Assembly: GCA_903813345.2 (NCBI GenBank)
Contig: CAIIXF020000001.1
Location: 36,022,001 to 36,086,000 of the forward strand
DNA from: Owenia fusiformis
Lineage: Eukaryota
Direction: 5' to 3'
Length of the DNA: 64,000 nt
Every line of letters starts with the position of its first letter. Position 1 is the stretch's first letter. The notes beneath the pieces were generated by a model. It worked only from the letters and a program-made list of their open reading frames with translations, was not told the DNA's origin and did no database searches. Below are positions 20,698 through 32,958 of this stretch, in pieces. A program made the position numbers and the translations under genes.

Positions 20698-23600
20698 ATT
20701 ATTACAAGCAGTTGCACTGAAAGTATCAAAAGTAACCTGGCAAGAACCAGTCTGCCTTGGATGATCGAGCATGTCACGGTACTGAACTGTTCTAAACAAC
20801 TGATATTTTCAGTTCTAGAGTTGTTGAATCTTGTGAGATCCACAGCCTATACCATCCCTTTACTGTGGAATACTCCCTCTTTAGCAAGGTGCCTTAGCTT
20901 AAGCAATAGCCTTGATGCGAGTAGAAACAATCTTGATTTATATCATTAAATATTCAAAATTCAGTCAAAAGTGATATCATATTTGAAATGTACATGTAAA
21001 ATTACATCAAGAAATGTGGTTACAAAAATTGTTTATCAACTTTGAAAATCTAATTATCTTTGAAAATGTGACTTCTAGGTCTTGGAGATTCTTAAATAGA
21101 CCCCATGTTGTACAATCACAAAAAGGGAAATAATCTTATATTGGACAGGTAATAAAATCTTTTGCTGGACATTTTCATTTTTCAGTACTGGTGAATATTC
21201 AAGTTAAAGGGAACTTTCTAATATACCTGCCATATTATATGACCCGAACTAGCCACCTGGTGGTAAAACTGTTAACCCTACACTGGCATCTGGGTTATTG
21301 ATAAAGAGGGGCTCTGATAAAACACAACTGTAGAAACGATTCTCAAACTCTCACTGAATTATTTCATAAGTGCAGTTTATGTACCTTTAACTATATAAAA
21401 GATTAGCTTAAATGATGTAATATTAGACTTTCCAGGATTTGTGTATTGTAGAAATTAGATGTTATATCAGAAAACATGGATATGTAAGGCAACATGGTCT
21501 ATGAAACCTAATAGAACATGTTTTGAAATGCAAGCAGATTAAGTACTTGGATCTAATAACAAAACAGGGAATCACATAACAATATGTGCTCTTTAAACCA
21601 TAATAAAAACATACTAGGAACTAATGCTAATGAACATGAATGTCACACAATGGCATTAAATATAACTTGGTAACAAACCCTACAGAAGATGCATTTGAGA
21701 GTACTGTATATTCTATTGTTCAGTCACCTCATCACATACCACATGTGCTGACATATTGGTCTCCAACTTGGATGGTGTTCGGCATTCAGTGGTTGGTGTT
21801 CGATGGTGACATTTTGCATGTTAATGCCTTGTCTAATCAAGTCAATTGCTTCTCCAAATGATATAGATTGCTTCCGACCCAGATATTTGCGACTGATGAA
21901 CACAATTCATGCATAATGCTCCATCCCATTTACAAGTGTTTAGTCAGTTCTTTGCTTTGATTCATAATACCAATAAATCTATTTCAGCATTGTTTTAGCA
22001 AGCTTAGTGTCGTTCCAGGGGTGTCAGAAGGATTTGCCAAGGGAGGGGGCAACTATTGGATATGGATGGGTTGTGCGTGAAGTCCTCTCTGGTGCATTCT
22101 GAACATATCTCAGCATAACATTCCCAATAATAAAAACAAGAAAATTGTGTTTTTAGAAAACTAGCTTGACTTTGACTAAAAAACTTTGAATTTTACTAAG
22201 ATATTCATTTTGCACTATGGTATAAAATTAAGAGAAATGAGATCTTTTATGCCTGATGTAGACTAGATAATGACATACAGTGCAGTATCATTTCTGTCAT
22301 CATTACACTTTGACTCAAGAGCTTTCAATTCAAGGCTCAGTTGCAAATCTAAACTTATTTTGAATTTAGCTGCTATTATCGTGGATTTGTCATACAAAAT
22401 CACTCTTTTGACTTCGATATGAGCCATGGTTGTTCCTTCGCCCGATGATTTTGGCTTCTTATTAAGCCATTTCGTTAGAATGTTCATTTTAATACAGTTA
22501 TAACAATCTTTGTTCTAATTTCTCATTTTCAAAACTCGAAATGTCGCGTTTTTACCTATTATCGCTCAGCACTGGACGAACATATTGTCAACATTGAAAT
22601 CTCGGGAATTTCCTTGGAGTTTTGCGACTATATAATTTCACGAATTAGAATTGTAGGAATTTCGTGAATTTTCCAAAATTTGCGAAAAGCGTGAAATATA
22701 GTAGCGCGCAAAAATTACCGGGAGTACAGTATTGGATCTATTTCAGCCAAAAAAATCTGAGTTAGATTGGATTTGATTTTTGTTTTCATGAAATAAATAG
22801 GTCAATCTATATGGGTGTCTATCTAGTGTGAATCAATAGCACTATTAATGACAGAATGAATATCAGAAGATTGGGACTCTCCTTATCTCTCGTATTTAGG
22901 GGTTGGGTCAGTAATTCAACATTTGTCTAATATTGAATTCTTAAATACCAAGACCATTGGCCTTTAAACGAAACCTTTGATGTTAAATTGCAGGGATGCA
23001 GGGCCATATCTGAAAACTTTCAAGGAGAGGGCCCAAATTTTGAAGATGAAAATAAGGCCCAAAAAGGTCCAGTAATACCCAAAAAGGCTTGCTAATTTTT
23101 CTAAGCCCATCTCCCTGCTGGAGGGGGGGGGGGCTGCCTATAATGAATATAAACCTGTCACAATAATAAATCAGCTGAGTGCTATGACAAATCAAAATAA
23201 GATTTCACCCCCTCCCCAAATATACTTATAGCATAAGTTGATATTTCATAGCCAGTCCCTAAGAAAGTTGCTATTATGTTCTTTATAATGAGCTGATTCT
23301 TTCTCAAGATCAAAGCATGTAATTGTGTTTCCCAAATAAATATGATTATCATTAGAAAAAGTCTTCGAAACAAACTGAATTAATCAACAATGAAGTAAAA
23401 TTTTTGCAAAAACAAAAACAAATCTTCAAGATTTTTTTCATGAGAAAGTTAACAAATAAGGTATCAGTAAAATATGTCTTGCCTTTTATGAGATGACTGA
23501 AAGAAGTGATATGTCACCAGTAGTGTGCAAAAGTCAAAACTTTATGCTATAAATTGAGCAGTCGGGTAATATAACCAGTATTATACTTGTTAGTGACATT

Positions 23601-24969
23601 ATCATCATAACATTTTTGCTGTTGCTGTTCTATTTTGGAAGTTCTGTGGGGGGGGGGTTAAGACAGAATAATGAAATCTACAATACAAAGACTTCTATAG
23701 TGATTAATATTAATATCATCATCAAACTTATTTTCAAAGGCCATCTAGGGTGAATTCCAAGTAGTGTGTGTCATTTTCTACAGTAGCATGTTTTTAGTAT
23801 GTTGTCGATCTCAAATTAAGACAATTCATATGTCAAAGCATGACTAATATTTGAAGTTTGCATTAGTTGCTCGTCTGACAACATCTAGAGATGGGAGTAA
23901 TCTGTGCTGACATTTGGGTCCATTGCAAAGAATTGCATTAGCAATACATACTGGGTGATTGATTCTACTTGACTTTACCAAGATTGCTGTTATTTTTAGA
24001 AATTGTTTTAATTTATTTTGCCTGTTGAAAGAAATTCTATTGAAGCACCTAGTTACTATATTAAATCATTCAGGTTTCTCTTTATTTGAACTTGTTACCA
24101 TGGTAAATCAGATTATTATTCAATAGAGTGAATCACATGATATGCTGACTTTATTATTGACATTGGTTTAGGAGATTACATGGAATGATGTTATTTTAGT
24201 GATGTATTGATCAGAGGAAACTAGACTCTAAATAATGTTGACAGATTTGGACAACTAAAAATGCCATTGGAAATCAATACACAAATAACCTCACAACATG
24301 AGAAAACATTATTTAGATGTTGACAACAACACTGTTCCTCAACTAGTTACTTTGATGGAACGTCAATGTAACAAAATGAATAAACTTCCTGGATACAAGT
24401 TTGTTTTTTTGACACAAAGCGAGAAAATATAAAAAAGCTTTTCAAAATCTTTTCAATTTAAAGTTTGGTTAGTAAATGAAGTTGCAATACATTTATTTAG
24501 TTCCTCACTTTTGTTACATGGACAAAAATCTATTATATTACGTGGACTTCCATCAATTTAACAAAAGCGATGGTCTAGTTATATGAATTACGTCTTTATT
24601 TAACCATTCTTTCCATAGGCATTTTTCAAAGCTAGACTATTATCGTCTAACCTTGTGCCAAATTATAATCTGCAACTCGATGAATAAGTAGGTTTAATTG
24701 AGAAAACGAAAAACTTGTATCAAGGAAGTTCATCCATTTTGTTCTATGTGGAACACTGAACTAGTTTTCCTAAATTGTGTCTGATCAACAACTCATCTGC
24801 CAGTAGGACCATGTCGGAAAGATAGACAACATTTCAAGAATATGCACTTGCATTAAATTGGAATGCCACAAATGTTCATAGAATTTGTCTTGTTGAGGAA
24901 TTCAAATAACTTTCAAGATTGAACCTCAGATCTGAGTCTGATGGAGTAGTTATGTAAGCTATTAATACT

Positions 24970-25160
24970 TAGGAAAATGGCAACCATTTTTAGTAAAAAT
25001 GTAATTTTTGGTAACTCAAATACCAGTGAACGAATTTGGTTTAAATTTTAGAAGCTGATATACTCTGTTCATGAAGGAATTTACAAGTTGGCCAATAATT
25101 ATCAAAATGTGTTTTGTATGGTGTGATTTGCTACTCTGTCGAGTTGCTGTTTTTCTAGTT
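24970..25160 (+). mobile_element. 3' fragment of the Helentron-like family seen at 43698-44890
   Basis: Ends gatttgctactctgtcgagttgctgtttttctagtt and carries one internal unit (aaaatggcaaccatttt...taactcaaataccagtg). Confidence 0.8.
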
Positions 25161-25189
25161 TTATAGCTTGACTTTGTTTTTTTTATATA

Positions 25190-26252
25190 TGGTCATGATG
25201 TTGCAATAAAGTTTTACAAGGTCAAGATATCTTAACAGGTCATATAAGGTCATGATATTTACAATGAGGTTATACAAGGTCAAATGACTTTACAGGTCAA
25301 TAAGGTCATGATGTTCCAATAAAGTAATACAAGGTCAAGATGACTTAACAGGTCATATAAAGTCATGAAGTATCCTATAAAGTTATATAAGGTCAAGATG
25401 ACTTAACAGGTCCTATAAAGTCATGATGTATCCTGTTAAGCTATATAAGGCCAAGATGACTTAATAGGCCAATAAGGTCATGATGTTCCAATAAAGTAAT
25501 ACAAGGTCAAGATGACCTAACAGGTCATATAAGGTCATAATGTTCCAATAAGGTTAAATTCAGTGATCTCCACAGGATCTTTTTCAAGTGGGTGCAAAAT
25601 TCTCATATTCACAATTAAGACCAATATTGGTCAAAATATGCCCATTTTTCATGATTTTTTCATTTTCAAGTGGGTGCAAATGGATTTTCAGGTGGGTGCA
25701 AGCCTATTTTCAAAATCTCAGGTGGGTGCTACGTCCACTTGCTTTAATGCTGGGGAGACCACTGAAATTATAAGGTCAAGATGACTTAACAGGTCATATA
25801 AAGTCATGATGTATCCTCTTAAGTTGTATAAGGTCAAGATGGCTAACAAGTCATATAAGGTCATGATGTATCCTCTTAAGTTGTATAAGGTCAAGATGGC
25901 TAACAAGTCATATAAGGTCATGATGTTTCAATAAGGTTATACAAGGTCAAGGTGACCTAACAGGTCATATAAAGTCGTGATGTATCCTATAAAGTTATAT
26001 AAGGTCAAGATGACTAAGCAGGTCATATAAAATCATGATGTGTCCTATAAAGTTATATAAGGTCAAGATGGCTAACAGGTCATATAAGGTCATGATGTTT
26101 CAATAAGGTTATACAAGGTCAAGGTGACTTAACAGGTCATATAAAGTCGTGATGTATCCTATAAAGTTATATAAGGTCAAGATGACTAAGCAGGTCATAT
26201 AAAATCATGATGTTTCAATAAGGTTTTCAAGGTCAAGATGACAGGTCATACA
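25190..26252 (+). repeat. ~57-58-bp tandem repeat rich in AGGTCA, interrupted by a MITE
   Basis: Unit approximately aaggtcaagatgacttaacaggtcatataaagtcatgatgtatcctataaagttatat, with two alternating variant types. Confidence 0.92.
25561..25764. mobile_element. MITE with CAGTG termini and 5-bp TSD (hAT5-like, tentative)
   Basis: aaatt|cagtgatctccacag ... ctggggagaccactg|aaatt. Partial relatives at ~27117-27301 and ~55372-55490. Confidence 0.8.
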
Positions 26253-28315
26253 AGATGGTTAAATTGCATGGCAGCCATTTCAATTTTTTTATCAGTCTCG
26301 TCATCAAAATTCCAGGAAAAGCATTTCATATTTAAATAAAATGTTTTACAGATGTAAAAGCAAACTGGTACCACAATCTGATTAGGTTTTGGGGATTCTG
26401 GGTAAATTACTTTGAGACTATTTTTGCTCTTCCGTGTGCGTTATTTATCTTGTCTTACATAACAAATGAGAACAATGGTATAAGATGTCATTGTGAAGAA
26501 CAATGTGTCAGGATCGACTGAAAGGTAATTAGTAACATCTAATGTGTCTAGGGAAAAGAGGGTTTTATATTCAAGCACCAAGAAGCCTTACCATCATTGC
26601 TTATTAGTACAAGACTAAAATCATTTAGCTTTGTATTGATTATGTATATGTTTCTCTCGATGATATGTCTGCAAACTCCTCAAAATATCTGGCACAGAAA
26701 ATAACTTTTATGAATTGAATTCTTTTAAGGAATAGAAAAATTCACATCGATTTCAAGTTAATCATTTCTGAACAATTATGTTTAGAAGATCACAGAAATT
26801 ACTTCATTGTTAATGATATTTTGGAAAGAAAGTGAGAGAATTTGTAGGGGATTATTATGGCATAGATTCAGATGCAATCAGAGAGTAATAAATCTGGGAA
26901 AGGGCAGGGTGTCACCCCTGATCTCATGCCACAGTGGATAATGTAGAATCAGATGAAATGTTTTCCAATGTGAGTACTACAGGATATCATTTGTTCCTGA
27001 TTGCATGGTGAAATCACCTGCTGCTTACATGCACTATATTCCACTTTTTCAGACCATTCTCTCATTCTTAGAAAATAGACCATCTAAAAGCAATCATTAG
27101 CAGACTTGAGCCTATGCAGTGATCTCCCCAGGATATTTTCTAAACTGGGTGCTAAATCCTCATTCTGTCTGTTTTTGGTGTAAATATATATCAATATTTC
27201 ACACGTTTAGCAGAGTGCAGAGATTTTCAAATGAGGTGATGTAATTTTCAGCTTTTAACTGGGCACTGTACCCACAAATGTACCCAGTTGCTCTAATGCT
27301 GAATTGAATGTCAGAATGTCTCACCATTCAAAGTTCTTACTCAAAATTAGAGACTATTACGCTTCAAAGACATGAGTCTACTCTCATGAGTATCATAAGT
27401 TGTGACTTGATCATGATATAAGGCAGAATATCCTTAAATCTCAATGGATACATCATGATATACCATGTCATCTCATTTCTTCTCAGCCCTGAGATGTTTC
27501 AAGTGAAACAGAAAGATGCTATGAGTATCAGAATGCAATGGATACATAAAATCTTAGATGACATATAACTACATATTAGCAATGAATTGTTATATAACTG
27601 ATAACACAGTATTTTTGTTAATACAGTATTCTATTGAACTGGACGCTGGACCTTATTGCAACTATTTTTCACACTTTCAAGCTTAGTCAGGCAAATATAG
27701 GCCAGTGAAGTAGAAATAGTCCACAGGAGAACATCATTTATACGATTCACATACATGATCTTCAAAACGCGAACTTAATCTCCTCATCTTCTTGAGGGAT
27801 TGGAGGAACAACCTGCACGACATTAGCTTTTTATATCATGATGATAAGGCCTAATTAGCTAATGAAAAAATTCAATCATATAAAAGAATTTCTCTTATTA
27901 AAAATTTTATAAATGTAAGCAAACACAAGTAGAGTTCATAAAATCCCAGAGAGGGAAGTATGCAAAGTGTATACAGTAATCATGGTATTAACAGAAACAT
28001 TAAATCTGCAGTTATTGTTAACCGTCCTGCTCCCGATATGATAGTCACAAAGCTGATTGGGTACTGGGTAGCAGGAACTTGATGCAAGCCTAAGGAATAT
28101 TTCAAGATGAAACTCTTGTAGTCTTGCTTCATAGGCCCCCACCATACCCTTATCTACTTCAGGGTCTTGAAGCAAGACTAAAACTCTTGCAGAGGAGCAA
28201 GACTTTTTGAAAGCTAATGACGAAGAATTGAGTAAAGACGCATCAGGGTCTTCCTTCTATTAAATCATGTAATTGGTATGTGACTCTTACTGCATCTCGA
28301 CAGGTTATTAGTTAA

Positions 28316-28632
28316 CCCTTTCACAACGATAGGCTCCATATGGAGCCCTATTATGTAATACCTTTCAGGAGGATAGGCTCCTTTTGGCACCATTATTTTT
28401 ATTTACATACATCAATGAAATGACAATATCTCCAGTTCTATTCAGTATTTTTATACCAAATTTTGACAAGTTGTTCTTATGTGATAATCCTTACTTAAAA
28501 TCATATTTCAGTGATAAAATCCAAGGTATAGGTCCCAGGGCTTAGGTAATTTGCAGTTTTTCCTTAAAAAACTCTCTTACTTATCCATCACCAGGCCCAA
28601 CATTTTCCTCTTATATTCACGTCTGGAAAGAA
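28316..28632. mobile_element. Possible degenerate piggyBac-type MITE
   Basis: Left end ttaa|ccctttcac. The right end (ggaaagaa|ttaa) matches only loosely. Confidence 0.3.
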
Positions 28633-29399
28633 TTAAAGGACTTTGCATAAGAAGCTATCTGTTACATGAGAAATAGATTTAATTATATGAGTTGTTTAAC
28701 ATGAACCCATTGGAGACGTTTTTAAGTTAGCATATAATTCAATCAATTCATTATTCCACATATAGTAGATGGTTTTATGTTCTATCAAAATCCATTGTTA
28801 GTATTTCAGATAACACATGGCTTTACTTCATTCTGATTGGTCAGAAAATGGTAATGCATGCTATAAGTGAATTCTCTCAAAGTGGTTATTAGTTTGCTTA
28901 CTTGTTAGTTCTCACAAACTAAAATGTAAAGAATGGTAAAAGCCATTCTGATTGATCAGAATCCCTCATTATCTAAATAACATATAATGCCTTTATTTGG
29001 TGGCATGAGTACTGCAAGAGATAGAACAGGCTGTGGATCATAAAATGGTTACAAGCTATTACAATATTATATGTAATCAAAGAAGAGCACAATCTTATCT
29101 TTCTATTTCACTGTGCAGTTATATCTAAAGTAGCATCTTAAACAAAGGTATCCATTCTCATTATATCATTGACATTCTCTCTAATGGAACTAATATAGGA
29201 AATTTCATTATTTATGATAAGCATGTTTTAAGGATCAAAAATGAATATATATAAAAAATAAGTTCTTAAATATCATTAAAAAAACGATAACAATGTTGAA
29301 CAGAATAAATTTGCTAACTGATTTGGAGGCAATTGATATCCTCATGCTCAAATGACTACAGGATTTTTAAAATTGTGAAAAAGTGGTGACATAATGTTA

Positions 29400-29862
29400 T
29401 GGTCTCCATTTTTTGTGATGTTTTTTTGTGATGTTCATTGGGGATTGGCGTCTGTAACAAATTCTTACAACTTCTTATAACTTAACAAATACTGTTTAGA
29501 CTGACTTCAATTTTTTTCTACAAGTTCTCAGAAGTTCAAATCTGATTTTAGATTTTAGATTTGACCTTCAATGACCTCATCAAGGTCAAAAAGGTATTTT
29601 TTCAACTTGATTCAAATTGACCAATTTTTTTTCAAATAATCTACAAGTTCTCGGAAGTTCAAATCTGACTTTAGCTTTGAGATTTGACCTTCAGTAACCT
29701 TCTCGAGGTCAAAAAAAAGTTCATAAAGGTATATTTTCAAATTGACAAAAAAGAATTTTCAAAATCATCTACAAGTTCTCAGGAGCTCAAATCTGACTAA
29801 AGATTGAACTCATAATATTGTGAGCAACTAGGTGATGGCATTTTGCCATGTTAATGCCTAAT
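29400..29862 (+). mobile_element. Degenerate Helentron-like element (gcatgttaatgcc 3'-end family) with 3 internal ~120-bp units
   Basis: Contains gtctgtaacaaa and repeated ctacaagttctcagaagttcaaatctga. The 3' end gtgatggcattttgccatgttaatgcc is shared with ~21800-21833, ~60965-60992 and ~61160-61191. Confidence 0.55.
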
Positions 29863-30764
29863 GTGTTTAAATTGTTTTCTACAACTTTTCAAGATTAACA
29901 ATTTATTTAATTAATTATGTTTTATGTCATATGATTTTCATATAACAAAGGATTAAAACCAAATTTATTTAAGTTGAAACCAAGGTAAGGTCAGGATGGT
30001 TTTTAAACTGTAACCTAATTGTTCAATCAATCTTCAGACCAGTTCTCAAAATAGTGATTTAGTGTAACTCAAGGCGAGAAGTTCAAATTTAGATTAATAT
30101 TTATGTGCTGGTGGTATCCCAGTTGTTTCATTAGCAAGGATTGAAATGTGCATGGCATGCAGTTGTTATTTGCTACCTGAGTAACTACCTGTAATTTCTA
30201 CCAGTAGTGATTTGTGCCACCTGTCTTGGAATTGTCTCTTGGTATTATCAACTGAGCTCTTATTACCTTACGAAATTCTCGGATTATTTCTCTCCTTCAC
30301 CCTAAAAAACCTATGAAATATTTTTAAAAAAATGTTTAAGTTTCAAACAAAGCTTATGTTTTAGGTAATAGAACTTCTAATTATTCAAGCTTGTAATAAA
30401 TAATATACTTGATAGAAGCAAAAAACTATCTGAAGATTAGCCAGGTCAGGTGAGACATCACTTAAGCAGTTTTCTAAAGGTTATACAGCATACATTTACA
30501 TGTAAGTTGTAATTATTTCTTATACCTGATGTCAGTCTCCCAGAAACACATATTTAACCTAAATAATTATGAAATATAGGATACTAGAAAGTGATCTTGG
30601 CCAGGTCATGGTCATCTTTTCTAAAGTACTAACTACAGAATAAGTAAATACACTGTAGAATTCTCAAAAGTTTTTAATTTTACTCTTAATTTTACGACCC
30701 AATTTTTTTAAATAGAATTTTGATTTTGCTAGTTAAGAGAGCTTCATTTACTACTAAGCCTCTA

Positions 30765-31116
30765 CATTTTACATCCGTTTGATTTCTTAAAAGAGAGCTT
30801 TGTCTTCACTCTTTCAGTTTCCAATAAATGTTCAATCAGTTTTTCCTCAAAATACAGATGACTTTCTATATATGGTCATTTCCTTTGACATCATCGCGTA
30901 GTTACTGAGCATGCATTTCCCGGGATGCATTTAGCACGAGTTGCCTAGACTCGCTTGCTGATTGGTTGAGAAAAGGTCAGCTTGATAGGTTTGAAATGAT
31001 TTATGACCTGAGTTTTCACGGGTACGGTTGCGGGGGGGGGGGGGTTGGGTTGCTAGACTGTAATATAGTCTGTACTAGGCAGAGGATAGTTTATAACTAG
31101 ACTCTGCACACAGGGA
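30765..31116 (-). mobile_element. TACCCT...AGGGTA repeat family, copy 3 (inverted, more diverged)
   Basis: Reverse complement starts ccctgtgtgcagagtctagttataaacta and contains gaaagagtgaagacaaagctctcttttaagaa. Confidence 0.75.
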
Positions 31117-32807
31117 ACTTAGGCTCTAGCTATAGGTATTAATCTTACTGACAATACAAAGTAATTCCTTTGTTTGAGGAATGCAAATAGCTCTTAGGGC
31201 CCATTTATAAGATTAGCCCATTGATGTGACATATTTGGGATGATAAATGTCTTCAATTCATTCTACTTTCTATAATTTCCTTACAATAATCTCAACCATC
31301 TTGAAAAGAGACTAGGGCTTTGAGGATTGTACTGTAAGAATATTTTGTTTAATCCAGTCATTGAAAATATTAGAACTGTAGATTAATCCAGGTGTGAAAA
31401 GTAGAAATGCTGGTCATGATGACATTTTCCAAGTATATGAAGAATTCGCTATGCATAGGAATGGAAAGGTATATGTAAGAAAATAATAAAGTGCTGATTT
31501 TAGAATTAGATAACTGTTGTTAAATGGTTACTTAGAGAGCAACAAACCTTTTTTTATTTAGGAATAAATGGTTTCAAAATGTGATGTGCAATGCATGTAG
31601 CCACCTTATAATAAAATGAAGGGGTGGCACATAGTCTTTCAGGGGGATGGGTTGAATACCTAATATTCTTGAAAATCAACTATTTTTTAAAATTAGGAAT
31701 AAATGCCAATAAGTACAAAATTTCAACAATAAAAATCTCAAGCTGTTATGTCAATTAACTTTGACAGACAAAGATTTTCAAATTTCCCAAAAATGAGTAT
31801 ATGGTAGATACTTTTTGGAGTTTTCAAAAGCAGCCATTCAAAGGCAAAACAGCTTCTGAAATTATATAATTTTGAGAAAGTATATCTCAGATTTTACCTT
31901 TTTTAGTTAGGTTATCTGGTGTAAGATTAGAGGTAAGTCCCTGCTAGTGCAATGTTACCCTTTACAAGATTGGTACTCTTTAAATTACCATCATAACTCT
32001 ATGTTACTCTGATCTCACTGATTCATTCAGAGTTCATCTTTACCCTGCCATATATTTGCTAATTAGTCATTTTCTCAATTTTAAGTTAACACATGATTGT
32101 GTCTTCATTGTGCTTACTGATTGGAAATAATGTTTTTGCCATAGTTTATAAGTCATTTATAACACAAACATTGACAGTTAGGGTGAAGATATCAAACATT
32201 GATTCTTTTCAGAGCATAGTGTGCTAAATCATGATCTCAGGGATGTTGAATATAGATTAGAAACTGTGTACATTTGCAGAAATAGAGATTTTGTTAAATG
32301 TAATGATGTATGCAACAGGGAAACAAGATAAGACCCTTGGATCAGGAGATTACCATGTTTTTTGCCAATTTCTCAATGATTGGCATATCATTGCTTCAAT
32401 TTTCTGATTCAAGAAGCTTTGTAAGAGGCTGTATTAGCAATGAAACATTCTGCAGACGGTACAGTGACATATATAGAGGCTTTGAGGATTCTATATTGTA
32501 GGAAGTTCTAGCTGATATATTGTGGATGTTTGCTCCAATATCCATGACGATCTTATGACCTGAGATGCTAGAAATCTCCCCAAGATCAATTTCTGTAATT
32601 TATTCATTATTTAGGATCAAGGGATCTTGTTGAAAAACATAGCAAACCATGTGCTTTATCATAAAGATGTTTTTTCCTTTTAATATCCTGTTGTATGATT
32701 TAAATGTTTAAGTAATATCCTAACTAGACATTTGATTTAATTGAAGCCTCAGTATGGTTAAATCTGATCTAAATGATGCCTTTTCTCTAGACTCAAGAGG
32801 AAGGATA

Positions 32808-32958
32808 CCATATCCTCTCTAATAGTCCTACTCCAATAAACGCACACCTAACTTTTTTGTGAAAGACTCTGGCAACTTGAGTAACAGTAAACAAATAAAA
32901 ATAAAAAATTCGAAAAAAATAATTGGGTGATAATAGGGTAATATTAGAGAGAATACGG
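32808..32958. mobile_element. Small MITE with TA flanks and CCGTAT-type TIRs
   Basis: ta|ccatatcctctctaata ... tattagagagaatacgg|ta. Confidence 0.75.

Noticed and set aside
22263..22731. Minus-strand ORF MNILTKWLNKK... next to a TIR-like end (...gggagtacagta)
   Set aside because: It may be a transposon remnant, but no matching second terminus or recognisable domain was found.
27936..28260. Minus-strand open frame of ~100 codons in slightly GC-richer DNA
   Set aside because: No recognisable motif and no convincing splice-site pair.
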